Numbered from the stretch's first letter, positions 1-13,715 are shown. The stretch is DNA of 64,000 bases from Chiloscyllium plagiosum (GCF_004010195.1 NC_057719.1:29302822-29366821), one strand, 5' to 3'. Notes: generated from the letters alone by a model not told the origin. Made by a program: numbers and translations.

Positions 1-189
1 TGCAGAATTCCTAGTCTCTGACCTGTTCTTGTAGCCACAATATTTATATGGCTACGTAGTTCAGTTTCTGATCATGGATGTCAATAGTGGGGATTCAGTG
101 ACAGTAATGTCAAGGGTGATAGTTCTCTCCTGTTGGAGATGGTCAATAACTGGCACTTGTATAGTGTGAATGTTACTTATACAAGAGGA

Positions 190-620
190 CCTTCAACAGC
201 ATTAGGAGTTTAGTTATGGGGATCAGGTCTTCAGTTAAATGGATGAATTGAAGCAATTGGAATTACTCTGTTTAAAGAAGAGATCCAAGAGAGGAGATTT
301 GATGGAGATGTTCAAAGTCATGAGGGATCAGGACAAAGTAGATAGGGAGAAATGATTTGCAATTGGAAGGATCAAGAACCAGAGGACACTGATTTAAAAT
401 AATTGACAAATAAACCTGAGGCAGCATGAGGAAAAGCTTTTTTAATGCAGCATTAAGTTAGGACTAGAAAAATACTACCAAAGGTTGTGGTGCAAGCAAA
501 GGAAATTGGATAATTATCAGAAAAGAAAATAAGCTGCAAGGCTATGGAAAAAAAAGAGTGGGACAAGCACAGACATAATAGCCAATTGGCCTCTTGTGTT
601 GTAACTATTCACTGTTTCTT
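190..620 (+). mobile_element. Degraded CR1 LINE 3' fragment
   Basis: Decayed match to the CR1 ORF2 C-terminus (ggagatttgatggagatgttcaaagtcatgaggga; agaaccagaggacac) plus a 3' UTR-like tail seen in better-preserved copies in this window. Confidence 0.65.
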
Positions 621-1469
621 GTGATTCTATAGCCTGCATTTATTAAACTTCATCAATTTCCATCTCCCCATCACCAGCAATACCTCCTGCATTCTTGCTG
701 TTACCTTCAAAGCTATTGCTTCATGCAGTCCTAAAGTTTAATGTTCCTCCTTCAATTGTAGTTTTTTTGGTGCTTGTTATATGCAATTTTTTAGGCTGTA
801 ATGTGAAAGCGGAGTTAAACAAAAGTGATTGGCAATTCATATCACATATTCTCATTGGTTTCAGATTGACAAGAAAAGAAACAGACCGTCCAGCCTAACG
901 AATCAGTGTCAGTGTTTATGCTCCATTTGAACCACCTCTCATCTTAACTTCATCCCTCTGTTCATTGTTCTCTCATTAGCTTATCCAACCTCCACTTTAA
1001 CATTTCTATACTACTTGTCTCAAAACACTCCCCATAGCAGTAAATACTCCATTCTTACAACTTTCTGAATAAAGAGGTGTCTTCTGAGTTCCCTATTTGT
1101 TATCATGGTGACCATAATTTAGCAGAGAGGAAGAAAATCCTGTACTCCTGCCCATAATCTCATCAAAGATGATTCTCATGCCCTGTTCCATGTACCTAAA
1201 GACCTAACGATATGCAGGTTGAAAATCACACTGGTCAGTGCTCAAATCCATGAAATTTCATGCCAAAAACTCATGACCCTGTGTAGAAGTCTTGGTTAAA
1301 TAGAGGGACAGCCAATGGCAATAAGAACAAGCCTTCTAGTTTATTCTGTAAAAAGCTTTCACATTTTAGAAATCCACATTAGCCAACTTTCAGCTTTTTA
1401 TCTCCAGGAGAAGAGGGACCTTCTTGATGCAAATAATCTTGCAAATGTTGGTATCGTGACAGTAAATTA

Positions 1470-2520
1470 GACCATAAGAATATTCAAAGTAGGAACAAGA
1501 GTAGGCTCTTTGGCTCATTGTTCTATCATTCAGCAGAATCATGGCTAATCTGACATTCCTCACTGCTATTTTCTTGCTGTTTCCCCATAATCCTTGTTTC
1601 CCTTATTGATCAAGAATCTATCACAATCTTAAATTTACAAAATCACTCTGCTCCCACAATTCCCTGTGACAAGGAGTCCTGAACACTGTCAGAGAGAAAT
1701 TCCTCCACATCTCAATTTTAAATTGGCACCCCTTAATTCTGATACAATGCCATGTGATCCTGGGCCTTCTCATGAAGGGAAACATTCTCTCAGCATTACC
1801 CCATCAAGCCTCTTAAGAGTCCTCCATGTTTCAATGTGGTCACCTCTCATTCTTCTAAACTCTGATGAGTAGAGTCCCAAAGTGTTTAATCTTTGCTCAA
1901 AAGACAATCTTCCATACCTGGGTTCATTCTAGTGTGCCTTCCTTTAACCGCCTTCAATGAAATTTTATATTTCCTTAAATACGGGGACCAAAACTGCTCA
2001 CAGGGTTTCCCCAGCACCTGTACAGTTGCAGTAAGACCTCCTCACTCTTATAATCTAACACAATTGAAATAAAAGCGAATTTTCCATTAGCTTTCCTGAT
2101 TATCTGCCGCACCCCCCCCCCCCCCACCGTGTGCTAGCTTTCTGTGTTTCATGCGCAAGTCCCCCATGCCCCTTTGTATTGTAGCATTTGCAATTTCCTT
2201 TATTTAAATAATACTTCTCTTATTCTCACTTCAAAAATGAAGAATTTCACATTTTTACATATTATAATCGATTTGTAAACTTTTTGCACATTTACTTAAC
2301 TATCAATGTCTCTCTGTAAACAGTTTGTATCCCTTTTGCAACTTCTCTTTCCAAATATTTTTATGTTGTCTGCAAATCTGGCTGTAGTGGATTTGCTTCC
2401 TTTCTCCAAGTCATTAATATATATTGTAACCAGTTGAGGTCTCAATGATCCCTGTGGAGCACCACTGGATACAGATCACCAACCTCAAAAAGAACCCTTT
2501 ATTCCCACTTGCTGTTGTCT
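1470..2520 (-). mobile_element. Degraded CR1 LINE (3' part)
   Basis: Same sequence family as the copies at 10010-10890 and 50420-52820 (ggggaccaaaactgctcaca, gttgtctgcaaat, cacctctcattcttctaaac). Confidence 0.75.
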
Positions 2521-4029
2521 GTTCATTTGGACATCCATCCTCCTGCTGTTAAACTTCTGAATTTCACCAATGAAGCCCCTCCTGTCCAAAGCAGTTTTAC
2601 CACTGCCTTCCAAGGCTGCATAAAAAAATAAGGGCCAGCTACAACCTGGAGCAGATCAGCAGAAGTCCAGGTGGAAATATAACCAGGGCCTGATCCACCT
2701 ACAGGAAGCAAATCTAACCAATATTTTATATTTCTCCCAATAAATCCAATAGCCCAATACAGCCAAGAGTTCTTTTGCTATGATGTTGTTTGAAAAATAC
2801 GCATTTCCATTTGTTGAGGCCTACCAAAACTAACATAAATACAGGCATATCAAAACAATCATGATTCAATAGATTAATTTTTATTTATAAAAGGACATTT
2901 ATTTATACACAAAACAGATTATTTTCCATGATTAACAGAACAATCTGCCAGATTTAATAAGGATTACAAAGCTCAGACAGTTTACATAAACTGATGGTAA
3001 ATATCTGACATACAAATTAAACCTATTCTAAGTAAAGGCAACAGACTCTGTTCTAAGCATGCATTGGAGAAACTTAGCCTGTCTTGTTTTTGCCTAGATT
3101 AAGGTCAGATTAGCGATGAATGAATGATTGGCTAATATGCACTGCATTAGCTCAAATTATATATCATAGCTCAAATGTAATACTACAAATCCCTTAGCTT
3201 AGCATCTTCAATGTTAATTAATCTCAATGTTAACAGACTTTCAATAAAAGAAAGAAAACAAAACATTTATATAGTGTCTTAGAATGTGCCAAAGCGATTA
3301 ATGAACAATAAAGAATTTTGGGAGCATGGTCACTGTTAGAAAAGCAGCATTCTATTTGTGTATGGCAAGCTCCCATAATAATAATTATAGAATTTTTTTG
3401 TGATTTTAATTAATGGATAAATAATAGCCAGGACATTAGGCCTCCCCTGCTTTCCTTTGAAAAAGTACCACAGAATATTTTATACACATGAATGGGCAAA
3501 TAGAACATCAATTTAATCAAAGTACATAGTTGTATGAGGTAATGATTCTAAAAGTGTTAATGTTGGAGACTGCATTAAGCTTCATTCAATCTAATGATGT
3601 TTTAAGGACTCGTGTGAGGAAAAGGTAGAAGAACTTAAGATTTTGTATAGTGAAGAGCTAAAGCCACATGTTTCCACATGACTATTGTCTTAGCAATGAT
3701 GTTTAACTTATTAATTTAACTCATATCTGATTGATTTCCTGCAATAAACTAATTTTGTTTGAGTCTCATATTAAGACTCATAAGTGGTTTTCCTCTACCT
3801 CTAAATCAAATAGTCCCTTAGGCCCAGTCAATACGAAGAAGATTACCTTAACCACAAGATGCTAATGGTTGACAACATAGTTCATAATACATGGTAAAAC
3901 CAGTGGGAGCAGTTGATTAATACAACAAGTTCATAATGGCGAAGGTTCCAGTGGTCCCAAGAACAGAGCATTCCAGAGAACTGAGGACAGCACTGGAAAT
4001 TTATCACTTTGAAGACTTTAAGAACTACT

Positions 4030-4135
4030 CATATTGGCTGTTTGCAGCTGCAGCAACTGAACAATCAAATAACCAGCAGGAAAACTCACAAAAAGATCAC
4101 CAAAGAAGGAACAGCATTCAATGATAAAATCTCTT
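4030..4135 (-). pseudogene. Possible transmembrane-exon relic of the decayed modular gene
   Basis: A pyrimidine tract plus AG precedes ILSLNAVPSLVIFL*VFLLVI*LFSCCSCKQ, a hydrophobic stretch with two TGA stops followed by a Cys cluster and a basic residue. T-rich DNA translates as hydrophobic by chance, so this is weak. Confidence 0.3.
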
Positions 4136-5317
4136 ATGTGAGAGGTGGGTAAGAGAAGCACAGAAATAAATGTCAGCTAGAGTCTAGTCACACATGGAGT
4201 TACTGATCCCATTGGGAAGTGAGGATCTGTAGAAGTCATCCTGATTAGAAGTTGAGTTAGGAAACAGGCTCATTGAGCTCCGAGGAGCATTAAGTTACTG
4301 GCACAGAGTAGGCTGAGAAAGCTGCAAGTTAGAAAGAGTACTTACAGCTCATAACCAGGACTGCTTCCAAAGTGAGCTGACACCACAAAGCACAGCAGTA
4401 AAATCAAGAAAGTCATTTAAATAATGATTGCACCCTGGTAACATCATAAAGCCAGAATTAAAGTATCAAAGGGGAGATTTAAAAGCCTAAATAGCCAGAG
4501 TCTAAGAGGATACTAAGATAACTACTGAGGCCACTTTAAGAGCAAAAGATCAATAAACAATGGTTGAGGTAGAAAGTATTGATTAAGGCTGCAAGTACTA
4601 GATTACTTTTGGCAAGTTCATGGGGAAGGATGAACATTATTTATTAAGCATATTAATTGTTTTCTCAATTTCTTCTGCAGAAGGCAGAAACACCATTACT
4701 TTCTGCAGCAGCTAGGGTATGAAGATTAAAAGCCATTATCAAGAATAAAAGCAAAATTGAAACAAAATTTTAAAAGTTTTACAGTAAGAAGAATAAATAA
4801 TCACATTAGAAAGGAATGGCAGGAGAAACAACTCTGGTTGTCAGATTTAATATCAGAGATGGACTAAATGATATTATCTGTACAACAAAGGGTAGTTTTT
4901 GGAAGATGTGTACAAGTCAGACACAATAACAGAACAACAAAGATCAAATAACCACTTATACAAAGATATTAACCTAGTACAACCACTAGCATTAGAAAAG
5001 ATTTCCAATGCATCCCTAATGGAAATTGATAATCCAACCAATTCTAGTTTGACAGACCTGTTTATCTTATTAAATTTAAGCTTGACATAGGGCAAATCTC
5101 ATTATCTTAGTTCATTTATCATCAATGAAGGAACAGAAATTACAGCATAGAAAAATGAAACTAAGTGGTTGAAATGGAGCAGCTCTTAAGACTAATGATA
5201 TGCTACAAGTTAACTCTACAACTCAAAAGTTGTAAAACAGCAGGGAATGTGTATATAATTCCTAACCAAGAAACCACTTTCTTAAGCTGCATACATGTAT
5301 TGACTTCAATTTCCTTG

Positions 5318-5440
5318 AGGAGAAAGTGAGGTCTGCAGATGCTGGAGATCAGAGCTGAAAATGTGTTGCTGGAACAGCGCAGCAGGTCAGGCAGCATCCA
5401 GAAAACAGGAGAATCGATATTTCGGGCATAAGCCCTTCTT
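5318..5440 (-). mobile_element. Penelope-type terminal-repeat fragment (family A)
   Basis: Near-identical to the termini at 39768-39900 and 53816-53940 (gagaaagtgaggtctgcagatgctggagatcagag...). Confidence 0.75.
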
Positions 5441-5861
5441 CCCCAACAGAACAAGTTCAACTGGTTACAATGGACAGGGGACAGATCAAGGGAGACCAAG
5501 ATAGGCCAAATAAGCCAGTCAGAGAACAGTTCATCCAAGTATAACCAGTTCAAGGGATAACCAGCAGAATAGTTCATTGACTTCCTCGAACTCATGGTGG
5601 AATCTAAAAAGAAGAAACAAGAAGAAAGAAGGATCACTAGACTTGAAATGTTAACTTTGCTTTCTCTCCACAGATGCTGTCACACCTGCTGAATTTCTCC
5701 AGCAATTTCTGTTTCTGTTAATGGACTTCTTAATATTTATTTTCTGTTTGCAATGGTTGTAGAATATTAAGCTTTCTTTGTATGCAATTTTTACATTTAT
5801 CTCTTGTTCATAATCTTCAAAACTGCCTCTAGTTTTAGTCGTCAAATCAAATTCATAGAGG

Positions 5862-6208
5862 AGGGCGGCATGGTGGCTCAGTGGTTAGCACTGCTGCCCC
5901 ACAGGGCCAGGGACCTGGGTTTGATTCTAGCCTCAGGCGACTGAATATGTGGAGATTGCATATTCTCCCTAGGCCTGTGTGGGTTTCCTCCGGGTGCTCC
6001 GGTTTCCTTCCACAAATCAAAGATGTGCAGGTTAGGTGAATTCGTCATGCTAAATTGCTCATAGTGTTCAGGGATGTGTAGGTTAGGTGCATTAGTCGGG
6101 GTAAATATATGGTAGGGGAATGGGCCTGGGTGGGTTACTCTTCAGAGGGATGGTGTGAACTTGTTGGGCCAGAGACCCTGTTTCCACAATGTAGGGATTC
6201 TAATTCTA
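5862..6208 (+). mobile_element. HE1-type tRNA-derived SINE
   Basis: Pol III A-box-like tggctcagtggttagca and B-box-like ggtttgattc; conserved core gggtttcctccgggtgctccggtttcc; CR1-like tail. Confidence 0.9.
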
Positions 6209-7230
6209 GCAAGTTTTGAGAAGATTTAAAGCTCAGGTTGAGGTTCTCGATGTAGGTTTGCTCGCTGAGCTGGAAGATTCATTTCCAAATGTTTTGCCAA
6301 CCTACTAGGTAACACCTTCAGTGGGCCTCCGGGTGAAGCACTGATAATAATTCCTGCTTTCTATTTATATGTTTGGGGTTCTTTGGGTCGGTGACAGCCA
6401 TTTCCTGTGGTGACATCATTTCCTGTGGTGAAGTCACTTCCTATTCTTTTTCTCAGGGGGTGGTAGATGAGGTCTAACTCGATGTGTTTGTTGATAGAGT
6501 TCCAGTTGGAATGCCATGCTTCTGGGAATTCTCGTGTGTGTCTGTGTTTGGCTTGTCCTAGGATGGATGTATTGTCCCAGTAGAAGTGGTGTCCTTCCTT
6601 ATCTGTATGTAAGGATACTAATGAGAGAGGGTCATGTCATTTTGCGGCTAGTTGATGTTCATGTATCCTGGTGGCTAGTTTTCTGCCTGTTTGTCCAAGT
6701 AGTGTTTGTTACAGTCCTTGCACAGCATTTTGTAAATTACATTAGTTTTGCTTGTTGTCTGTGTATTGTCTTTCAAGTTCATTAGCTACTGTTTTAGTGT
6801 GTTGGTGGGTTTGTGGGTTATCATGATGCCAAGGGGACTGAGTAGTCTGGCAGTCATTTCCGAGATGTCTTTGATGTAGGTGAGAGTGCCTAGGGTTTCT
6901 GGATGTGTTTTGTCTGCTTGTATGGGTTTCTTGTTGAGTACACTTATACCGTATATTCAAAAGGAATGGGTACCCAATGAACACAGTCCACCGATTTCTC
7001 AACAACAAATACATCAAGTTAGACTCCATCCTCCACCCTCTGAGAAAAAGAACAGAAAATGACATCACCACAGAAAATGACATCACCAACCCAAAGAATC
7101 CCAAATATATAAGTAAAAAGCAGGAATTATCAACAGTGCTTCACCTGGAGGCCCACTGAAGATGTTACCTAGTAGGGTGATGAAACGTCTGGAAATGAAC
7201 CTTCCAGCTCAGCAAGCAAACCTACATCCA
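6209..7230 (-). mobile_element. Truncated Penelope-like element (family B) with GIY-YIG remnant and inverted termini
   Basis: Minus strand about 6745-6610 translates, with one frameshift, to TNVVYKMLCKDCNKHY/GQTGRKLATRIHEHQLAAK (GIY-YIG). Segments 6225-6510 and 6985-7230 are inverted copies. TSD gattctaattcta at 6196-6208 and 7231-7243. Confidence 0.9.
7153..7192 (+). ncRNA. Minimal type I hammerhead ribozyme motif (Penelope family B)
   Basis: CCA-CUGAAGA-U-GUUACC-UAGUAG-GGUGAU-GAAA-CG-UC-UGG. It has both core boxes, a 6-bp stem II with G-U pairs, a CCA/UGG stem I and palindromic ACGU at stem III. Confidence 0.7.
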
Positions 7231-7243
7231 GATTCTAATTCTA

Positions 7244-7715
7244 AGATGTACAGCACGGAAACAGACACTTTGGTCCAACTCGTCCATAATGACCAGATAT
7301 CCTAAATTAATCTATTTTCATTTGCCAGCACTTGGCCCATATCCCTCTAAACCCTTCCTATTCATGTACCCATCCAGATCCCTTTAAATATTGTAATTGT
7401 ATCAGCCTCCACCACTTCCTCTGGCAGTTCATTCCATACATGCACCACCCTTTGCATGAAAAGGTTGCTCCTTAGGTCCTTTTCTAATCTTTCCATTCTC
7501 ACCCTAAACCTATGCTCGCTAGTTCTGGACTCTTCAAATCTAGGGAAAAGACCTTGTCTATTTAATCTATCCCTGACTTTATAAACTTCTATAGGGTCAC
7601 CCCTCAGCCTCCGATGCTCCAGGGAAAACAGTCCCAGCCTATTCAGCTCCTCCCTATAACTCAACCCTGGCAACATCCTTGTAAATCTTTTATGAACCCT
7701 GTCAAGTTTCACAAC
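7244..7715 (-). mobile_element. CR1 LINE 3' end
   Basis: ORF 7362..7895 contains RFTRMLPGLSYREELNRLGLFSLEHRRLRGD...WNELPEEVVEA, the CR1 ORF2 C-terminus. Confidence 0.92.
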
Positions 7716-7734
7716 ATGCTTCTTACTTGGACTT

Positions 7735-8060
7735 GAGCAAGACTTTTGATAAGGTACTATGGGAGATTGATAGCTAAGGTAAGAGCCCATGAGATCCAAA
7801 GAAAAGTTTGCTAATTGAATCCAGAATTGGCTGACTGGCTGGAGGTAAATGGTAATAATCAAGAAACGTCTTTGTGACTGGAAGCCTGTCTGCAAGAATC
7901 AACTTTGGGGGCCTTGCTGTTTGTGGAATACATAAGCGATGCAGACTTGAATGTAGGAGGGTTGATCACTAAATTTGTGGATGATATGAAAATTCATGGG
8001 ATGATAAATAGTGAAAGAGATAGCCTTGGATTAGAGGAGGATGCAGAGGGACAAGTCTGA
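7735..8060 (+). mobile_element. Degraded CR1 reverse-transcriptase fragment
   Basis: Contains gacttttgataaggt (AFDKV-like) and aaatttgtggatgatatgaaaatt (KFADDTK-like). Confidence 0.7.
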
Positions 8061-8453
8061 TGATAATTAGGGAGCACGATCAATATTTAAAATCACAGTA
8101 AGCTTTTGCAGATACAAGAGAAAGTAGTTTAGGCAAATAAACTTTGAATAAACTACCCCTTTAATGGTAATTACTTCAAACTTGCATATCAGTTTTCTTC
8201 CCCCTGCATTTATCTGATCTAACACTTCAATTTCACACATGGAATTTATATTACTAAAACATACAAATCAAGGAAAGGCTTGAATATTGCTTTAGACATT
8301 CTATTATAGGCTGAATTGTATAAATAGTTTTACATAGAAAAAGTGATTATGTTACAGCTGTCTAGATTTTTGACAATACAGAAGTTCTTCAAGTTTTGTA
8401 ATTGTATTGCAGTTGACTTTTATCCCACGAATAACATTTAAAAGACCCTTGAC

Positions 8454-8724
8454 CAGAAAATAACTGTCTTCCACTCAAACAAAGTCCAAGTAGATGGGGT
8501 ATTGTTTTTTGAAAATGCGAGTAAGCCTGTCAACAAAATTTTCCCAATGTTGGCACTGCATTGTGAAAGTTTGTGTCTTGTATAAACACCTCCTCAAAGA
8601 AGCATCACCACCCATTTGTAAAATGTCAATTGTTGGATGGAATATAGACCAGCGTCAGATTTTCAATCACAACTTCATCAGTAAAGATATTTCCGAGTGT
8701 AAAGGGCGATATGAGTAGACTTCC
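8454..8724 (-). pseudogene. Exon relic: C-terminal half of F5/8C-like domain 3
   Basis: Acceptor ctcag| then GSLLISPFTLGNIFTDEVVIENLTLVY...EEVFIQDTNFHNAVPTL.../RIF.../GLCL. This resembles the ITGxxTQG..EWVTSYxLxY..KVFxGN..RYIRI..LRxEL pattern, with internal stops and frameshifts. Confidence 0.5.
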
Positions 8725-9290
8725 CTGAGAATGTTAAAACCACACAATTATTGTATGCATAAACTAGTTCTGTACTATGTGAATTTGTTCATCCCCTACC
8801 CGGTTCAAGAGAACAACAAATAGTTTTTACACGATATATATTTCAACAAAATATTCTGGTGAATAGTATTAAAACTATCAAAATATAAATTAAAAGAATG
8901 TAGAAACAAAAATATTATAAAATGTTAGAAAAATCATTGAATAAGTAAAACTTTTGAGTCACCTTCCGGTACCAAATTAAAGCAAGTGATGCAACACTGT
9001 AAAATATACTCTGAGTGTATAATGCAAAGATTAACCTGGAAAATTTCATATCCAAACTTACTGCACCTGCAGTAGTAGTCAATAAATTTCTTCAATGAAA
9101 AATTGTTACATTGTCACACTAGACACCAGAAGCACACTTAAAACAAGTCAACAACGTCATCATGCCAGAATAACATATATTCCTGTCTATATATTCCTGT
9201 TTATATAACGAAGGCAAAGTCTAGTCCAATATTGGCAATTTCGTGTGTATAATCTATGTAAAATGTCATATGTTGGAATATAAGCAAAGA

Positions 9291-9547
9291 CCTTCACTTG
9301 TTCAGAACATAAACATTGTAAAACCCAACAGGCCTGTTAATTCTGGCTTAGTGCTGAGCTTTTTATAAATGTTGCATTGATGCTAAGACCTTTCCACTGA
9401 ATAGTAGTTGGATTCAAGAGCTAATCCAATCGGTTAACAGGCATCCCATATGTTTCTTGGCAGCTTTGTGTTAAGCCAATCAATAATCACTTTGACAAAA
9501 AGGCATGAGTTCATTTTCTGCAAGCTCTGATTGTTGATTATCAGAAC
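9291..9547 (-). pseudogene. Exon relic: N-terminal half of F5/8C-like domain 3
   Basis: Acceptor tgtttag|. Frameshifted translation DAC*PIGLALES/IQWKGLSINATFIKSSA/*ARINRPVGFYNV matches C..PLGxES..I..ITASS..ARLN..G..NAW. Confidence 0.6.
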
Positions 9548-10009
9548 CTAAACAGCTGTACTACAACCACCACGTGACCCATTGAACATTTTTCCTCATC
9601 TCATTCAGTCATAACAGCCACCTGGTCCCCTTCTGAATTCTTTTTGTTTTGCACAATTTTCTTTTAAAAGATATGTGACCTAGAATGTTTGAATTTAATC
9701 AGTACATATTTGAAATTGAACTGTCTTCTTTTAAGTTTTTTTTGATATTGGTACATTCAAAGAGGAGATTTGGAATAGTGATTTGGTACAGATGTGTGGG
9801 GGAAAGGAAGCAAATGGATGTGGGGGCAGAATGAGATGTAGTGACTGGAGCATAAGGATACTTGTGTGGAATCCAGATGACCAAAAGGTTTGGTGTGGAT
9901 TGAAGGTTCTATATAATAAATCAAAAAGACAATTCAAATAATCGATGAAACAGTAAATTTAAAAAAATTATAATGACTATAAAATATACTGGTTTTGTCA
10001 AATTATATA

Positions 10010-10890
10010 TAAGACCATAGGACATAGGAACAGAAATTAGGCCATTCAGTCCATCGAGCCTGCTCTGCCACTCAACCATGGCTGATAAGTTTCTCAACCC
10101 CATTCTCCCACTTTCTACCCATAACCCTTGATCCCCTGATACTCATGAACCTATCTATCCCAGTCTTAAATATACTCAATGACCTGGCCTCAACAGTGTT
10201 CTGTGGCAATGAATTCCATAGATTCACCATTCTCTGGCTGAAGAAGTTTCTCCTTATTTCCGTTCTAAAAGGTCTTCCCTTTACTCTAAGGCTGTGCCCT
10301 CGTGCTCTAGTCTCTCCTACCAATGGAAACATCTTCCCAACATACACTCTGTCTAGGCCATTCAGTAGTGTATATTGTAAGTTTCAATTAAATCCCCCAT
10401 CATCTTTCTAAACTCCATTGAGTATAGGCCCAGAGTCCTCAAACGTTACTCATATATTAAGCTTTCCATTCCTGGGACCATTCTTGTCAACCTTCTCAGA
10501 ACCCACTCCAGGGCCAGAACATCCTTCCTGAGATATGGAGCCCAAAACTGTACACAAAACTCCAAATGTGATCTGATCAGAACCATATAGAGCCTCAGAA
10601 ATGCATCCCTGCTTTTATATTCAAGTCCTCTCAAAATAAGTGCCCTCATAACATTGCCTTCCTAACTTCTGACTCAACCTGCAAGTTTACCTTGAAAGAA
10701 TCCTGGACTAGAACTCCCAAGTCTTTGTACTTCAGACTTCAGAATTTTCTCCCCATTTAGAAAATAGTCCAAAGTGCATGACCTCACACTTTCCCACGTT
10801 GTACTCCAGCTGCCACTTCTTTGCCCACTCTCCAAACCTGTCCAAATCTTTCTGCAGCCTCCCTGCCTCCTCATTGCTACCTGTCCCTGA
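10010..10890 (-). mobile_element. CR1 LINE 3' portion
   Basis: ORFs 10072..10347 (TRARGHSLRVKGRPFRTEIRRNFFSQRMVNLWNSLP) and 10446..10649 (RSHLEFCVQFWAPYLRKD). Confidence 0.95.
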
Positions 10891-12532
10891 TGGTATAGAC
10901 CACCATCAATAGGCACATTACAGAAGAAACAATAGTGGGGAAAAAAGAAAAGGGCTAAAGAAAAGGGCTAAACAATCCAACAATTATCTATCTTAATTTC
11001 CATATTATCGTCTTGCTGTATGCAGGAGTCAAAAAGGTCCAAAGAACAGCAATGATTTCATGAGCTATCACTTCACTAATACAGTGGCCACTTAGCAAAC
11101 ACAAATTGGATATTTCATTTCTTCTTTCTGGAGAGCGATATGGTGGTACAAATATGGTACAGGCAAGTTAAGGATTTCTGTCCTTTTCTTATAAAGTGGA
11201 GTATCAAGGAAACTCAAAAAAGAAACCAAAGCATGAAGTAAAGAAGGGAACACATTGATCCAAGTATAATCAACTCCAAAATGTTTAAAGTCTCAGGAAC
11301 AAGAGATGTTATACATAAATATCCATTTGTCAGAAGAAGAGAGAGAGATGAAGAACCTGTGCATTCAAAATATTGAGGGGACAGCAGCTTCATAAGAAAA
11401 ACAGAACAGAGGGATGGCAGAAACATATGAAAGAGCAAGAAAAACAGCCAGGTCAGCATGTTCACCAAGGCAGAGAGAGAGACCACCAGGATAGCAGCTT
11501 CATAAAGTGGACCTGCCGGAGAAGGGCATCAGAAGTGGGAGATAAAAGCTGGCAACCCGAGAACCCCTTCAACCTGATTCACATCACAAGGTCTGAAGTG
11601 TGATGTCACAGGAAAGCAGGTAGGTGATTGGTGAATATTTCTTCCATGTCTCTTTTGATTGACAAGATGGTTTAAATCAGGCAATGATATTGTGGCTGAA
11701 TTATACAGTTCAGAACTCCCCTTTTAAAATACTTAACATCCAAATTAATAAATTAAATAGAGATAGCAGGGCAAGCCACATGTTACAAACATTGCAACAC
11801 ACCAGGAAAAGGGGACAAGTTATTGAATTTCAATTTCACTAGGACAAGATTTTTTTGTGTCAACAGTTGGATATTGTCTGCTGTGACTGGAAGGGTGTCC
11901 AGAAAGTTTAAAACCAAAACAGACTCTTCCAGAAGAGGCATCACCGGTTGACACAACAAGATCTTGTCCTAGCAAAATTGAAACAGCTGGTGGTAATGGA
12001 GGAAACAGAAAAGCCATCAGAACCAGGATTGAAACCATTTTGGACCTGGCAAGACCAGATCACTGTTGTGGATGACATATTACTATGGGGAGCAAGGGTG
12101 ATTGTATCGGGTAAAGGTTGTGCCAAGTACTGGCCGAACTCCATCAGGGTCATCCAAGGGTTTCCAAGATGAAGATGCCAGCAAGAAGCTGAGTCTGGTG
12201 GTCAGGGTCATAGCTGTGTTGGTGGGTCAGTGTCCAGACTGTCAACAAGGACAAAAATTACCACTAGCATTACCCCCACGTTCATGGAATGGCCAGGTAA
12301 ACTCTGGACTCGGTTGCATGTTGACTATCAGGTCCTTTCATGGGCTCAATGTTCCTAGTCATCGTGGACACCCATTCATACTGGTTGGATGTGCATAAAG
12401 TTCGTTCAGCAAATTCAGGGATGATGATTGAGAGGTTGTGAGCATTGTTCGTGACACATGGACTCCTGAAAGTATTGGTCACAGACAATGGGATGTCATT
12501 TACCAGCAGTGAATTTGAATGTTTCCTTAAAT

Positions 12533-12870
12533 GTGGGCGGCACGGTGGCACAGTGGTTAGCACTGCTGCCTCACAGCGCCAGAGACCCGGGTTCAATTCC
12601 CGACTCAGGCGACTGACTGTGTGGAGTTTGCACGTTCTCCCCGTGCCTGCGTGGGTTTCCTCCGGGTGCTCCGGTTTCCTCCCACAGTCCAAAGATGTGC
12701 AGGTCAGGTGAATTGGCCATGCTAAATTGCCCGTAGTGTTAGGTAAGGGGTAAATGTAGGGGTATGGGTGGGTTGCGCTTCGGCGGGGCGGTGTGGACTT
12801 GTTGGGCTGGAGGGCCTGTTTCCACACTGTAAGTAATCTAATCTAATCAATCTAATCTAATCTAATCAAT
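12533..12870 (+). mobile_element. Young full-length HE1-type SINE inserted in the Gypsy integrase
   Basis: Intact A/B boxes (tggcacagtggttagca; ggttcaattcc), (taatc)n tail, TSD cttaaat at 12526-12532 and 12871-12877. Confidence 0.95.
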
Positions 12871-13299
12871 CTTAAATTCAATGGCATTCAGCGCATAAGG
12901 ACAACTCCATATCACACATCGTTCAATGATCTGGTGGTGACCGCAGTCCAAATGTTGAAGGTAGGCCTAAAGAAGCAGCCTACAGGGTCAATTGAGACCA
13001 AACCATCTCGGTTCCTGTTCGATTATAGGACCATCCCACACGCAACAACAAAGATAGCTCCAGCAGAATTGCTGATGGAGAGAAGACTCCGCATCAGATT
13101 TAACCTGACATTTCCAGATCTGGTGGGAGGGTGAACTGGCAGCAAGAATGCCAATACTGACCAAATGCCTCCTCTAAGCATGAGAGACAATTTAATTCAG
13201 GCGATGATGTTTGGTACCTGAACCATGGAAATGAAACAATATGGGTACAAGCCAAGGTTGTTGCGAGGTCAGGTCCTGTGACTTTCAAAGTTTGGGTAG

Positions 13300-13715
13300 G
13301 TCATAGAGTCACAGAGATGTTCAGCATAGAAACAGACCCTTTGGTCCAACTTGTCCATGCCGACCAGATATCCTAAATTAATCTAGTCCCATTTGCCAGC
13401 ATTTGGCCCATATCTCTCTAAACCCTTCTATTCATTTACTCTTCCAGATGCCTTTTAAATGTTGTAATTGTACCAGCCTCCACCACTTCCTCTGGCAGCT
13501 CACTCCATACGGACACCACCCTTTGCATGAAAAAACTGCCACTTCGGCCCCTTTTAAATCTTTCCCCTAAACTAATGCCTTGTAGTTCTGGACTCCCCCA
13601 ACCCAGGGAGAAGACCTTGTCTATTTACCCTATTCAGGCCCCTTATGATTTTATAAACTTCTGTAAGGTCATTCCACAGCCTCCGACACTCCAGGGAAAA
13701 TAGCCAGGGCCTATT
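13300..13715 (-). mobile_element. CR1 LINE 3' end
   Basis: Near-identical to 7244-7715 and 24855-25495. Confidence 0.9.

Noticed and set aside
2523..2711. 62-aa minus ORF with an acceptor-like start
   Set aside because: It sits within or at the edge of a CR1 fragment, has no recognisable domain, and cannot be tied to the relic gene.
12533..12605. tRNA gene
   Set aside because: The tRNA-like head continues into the SINE body and tail and occurs eight times in the window.
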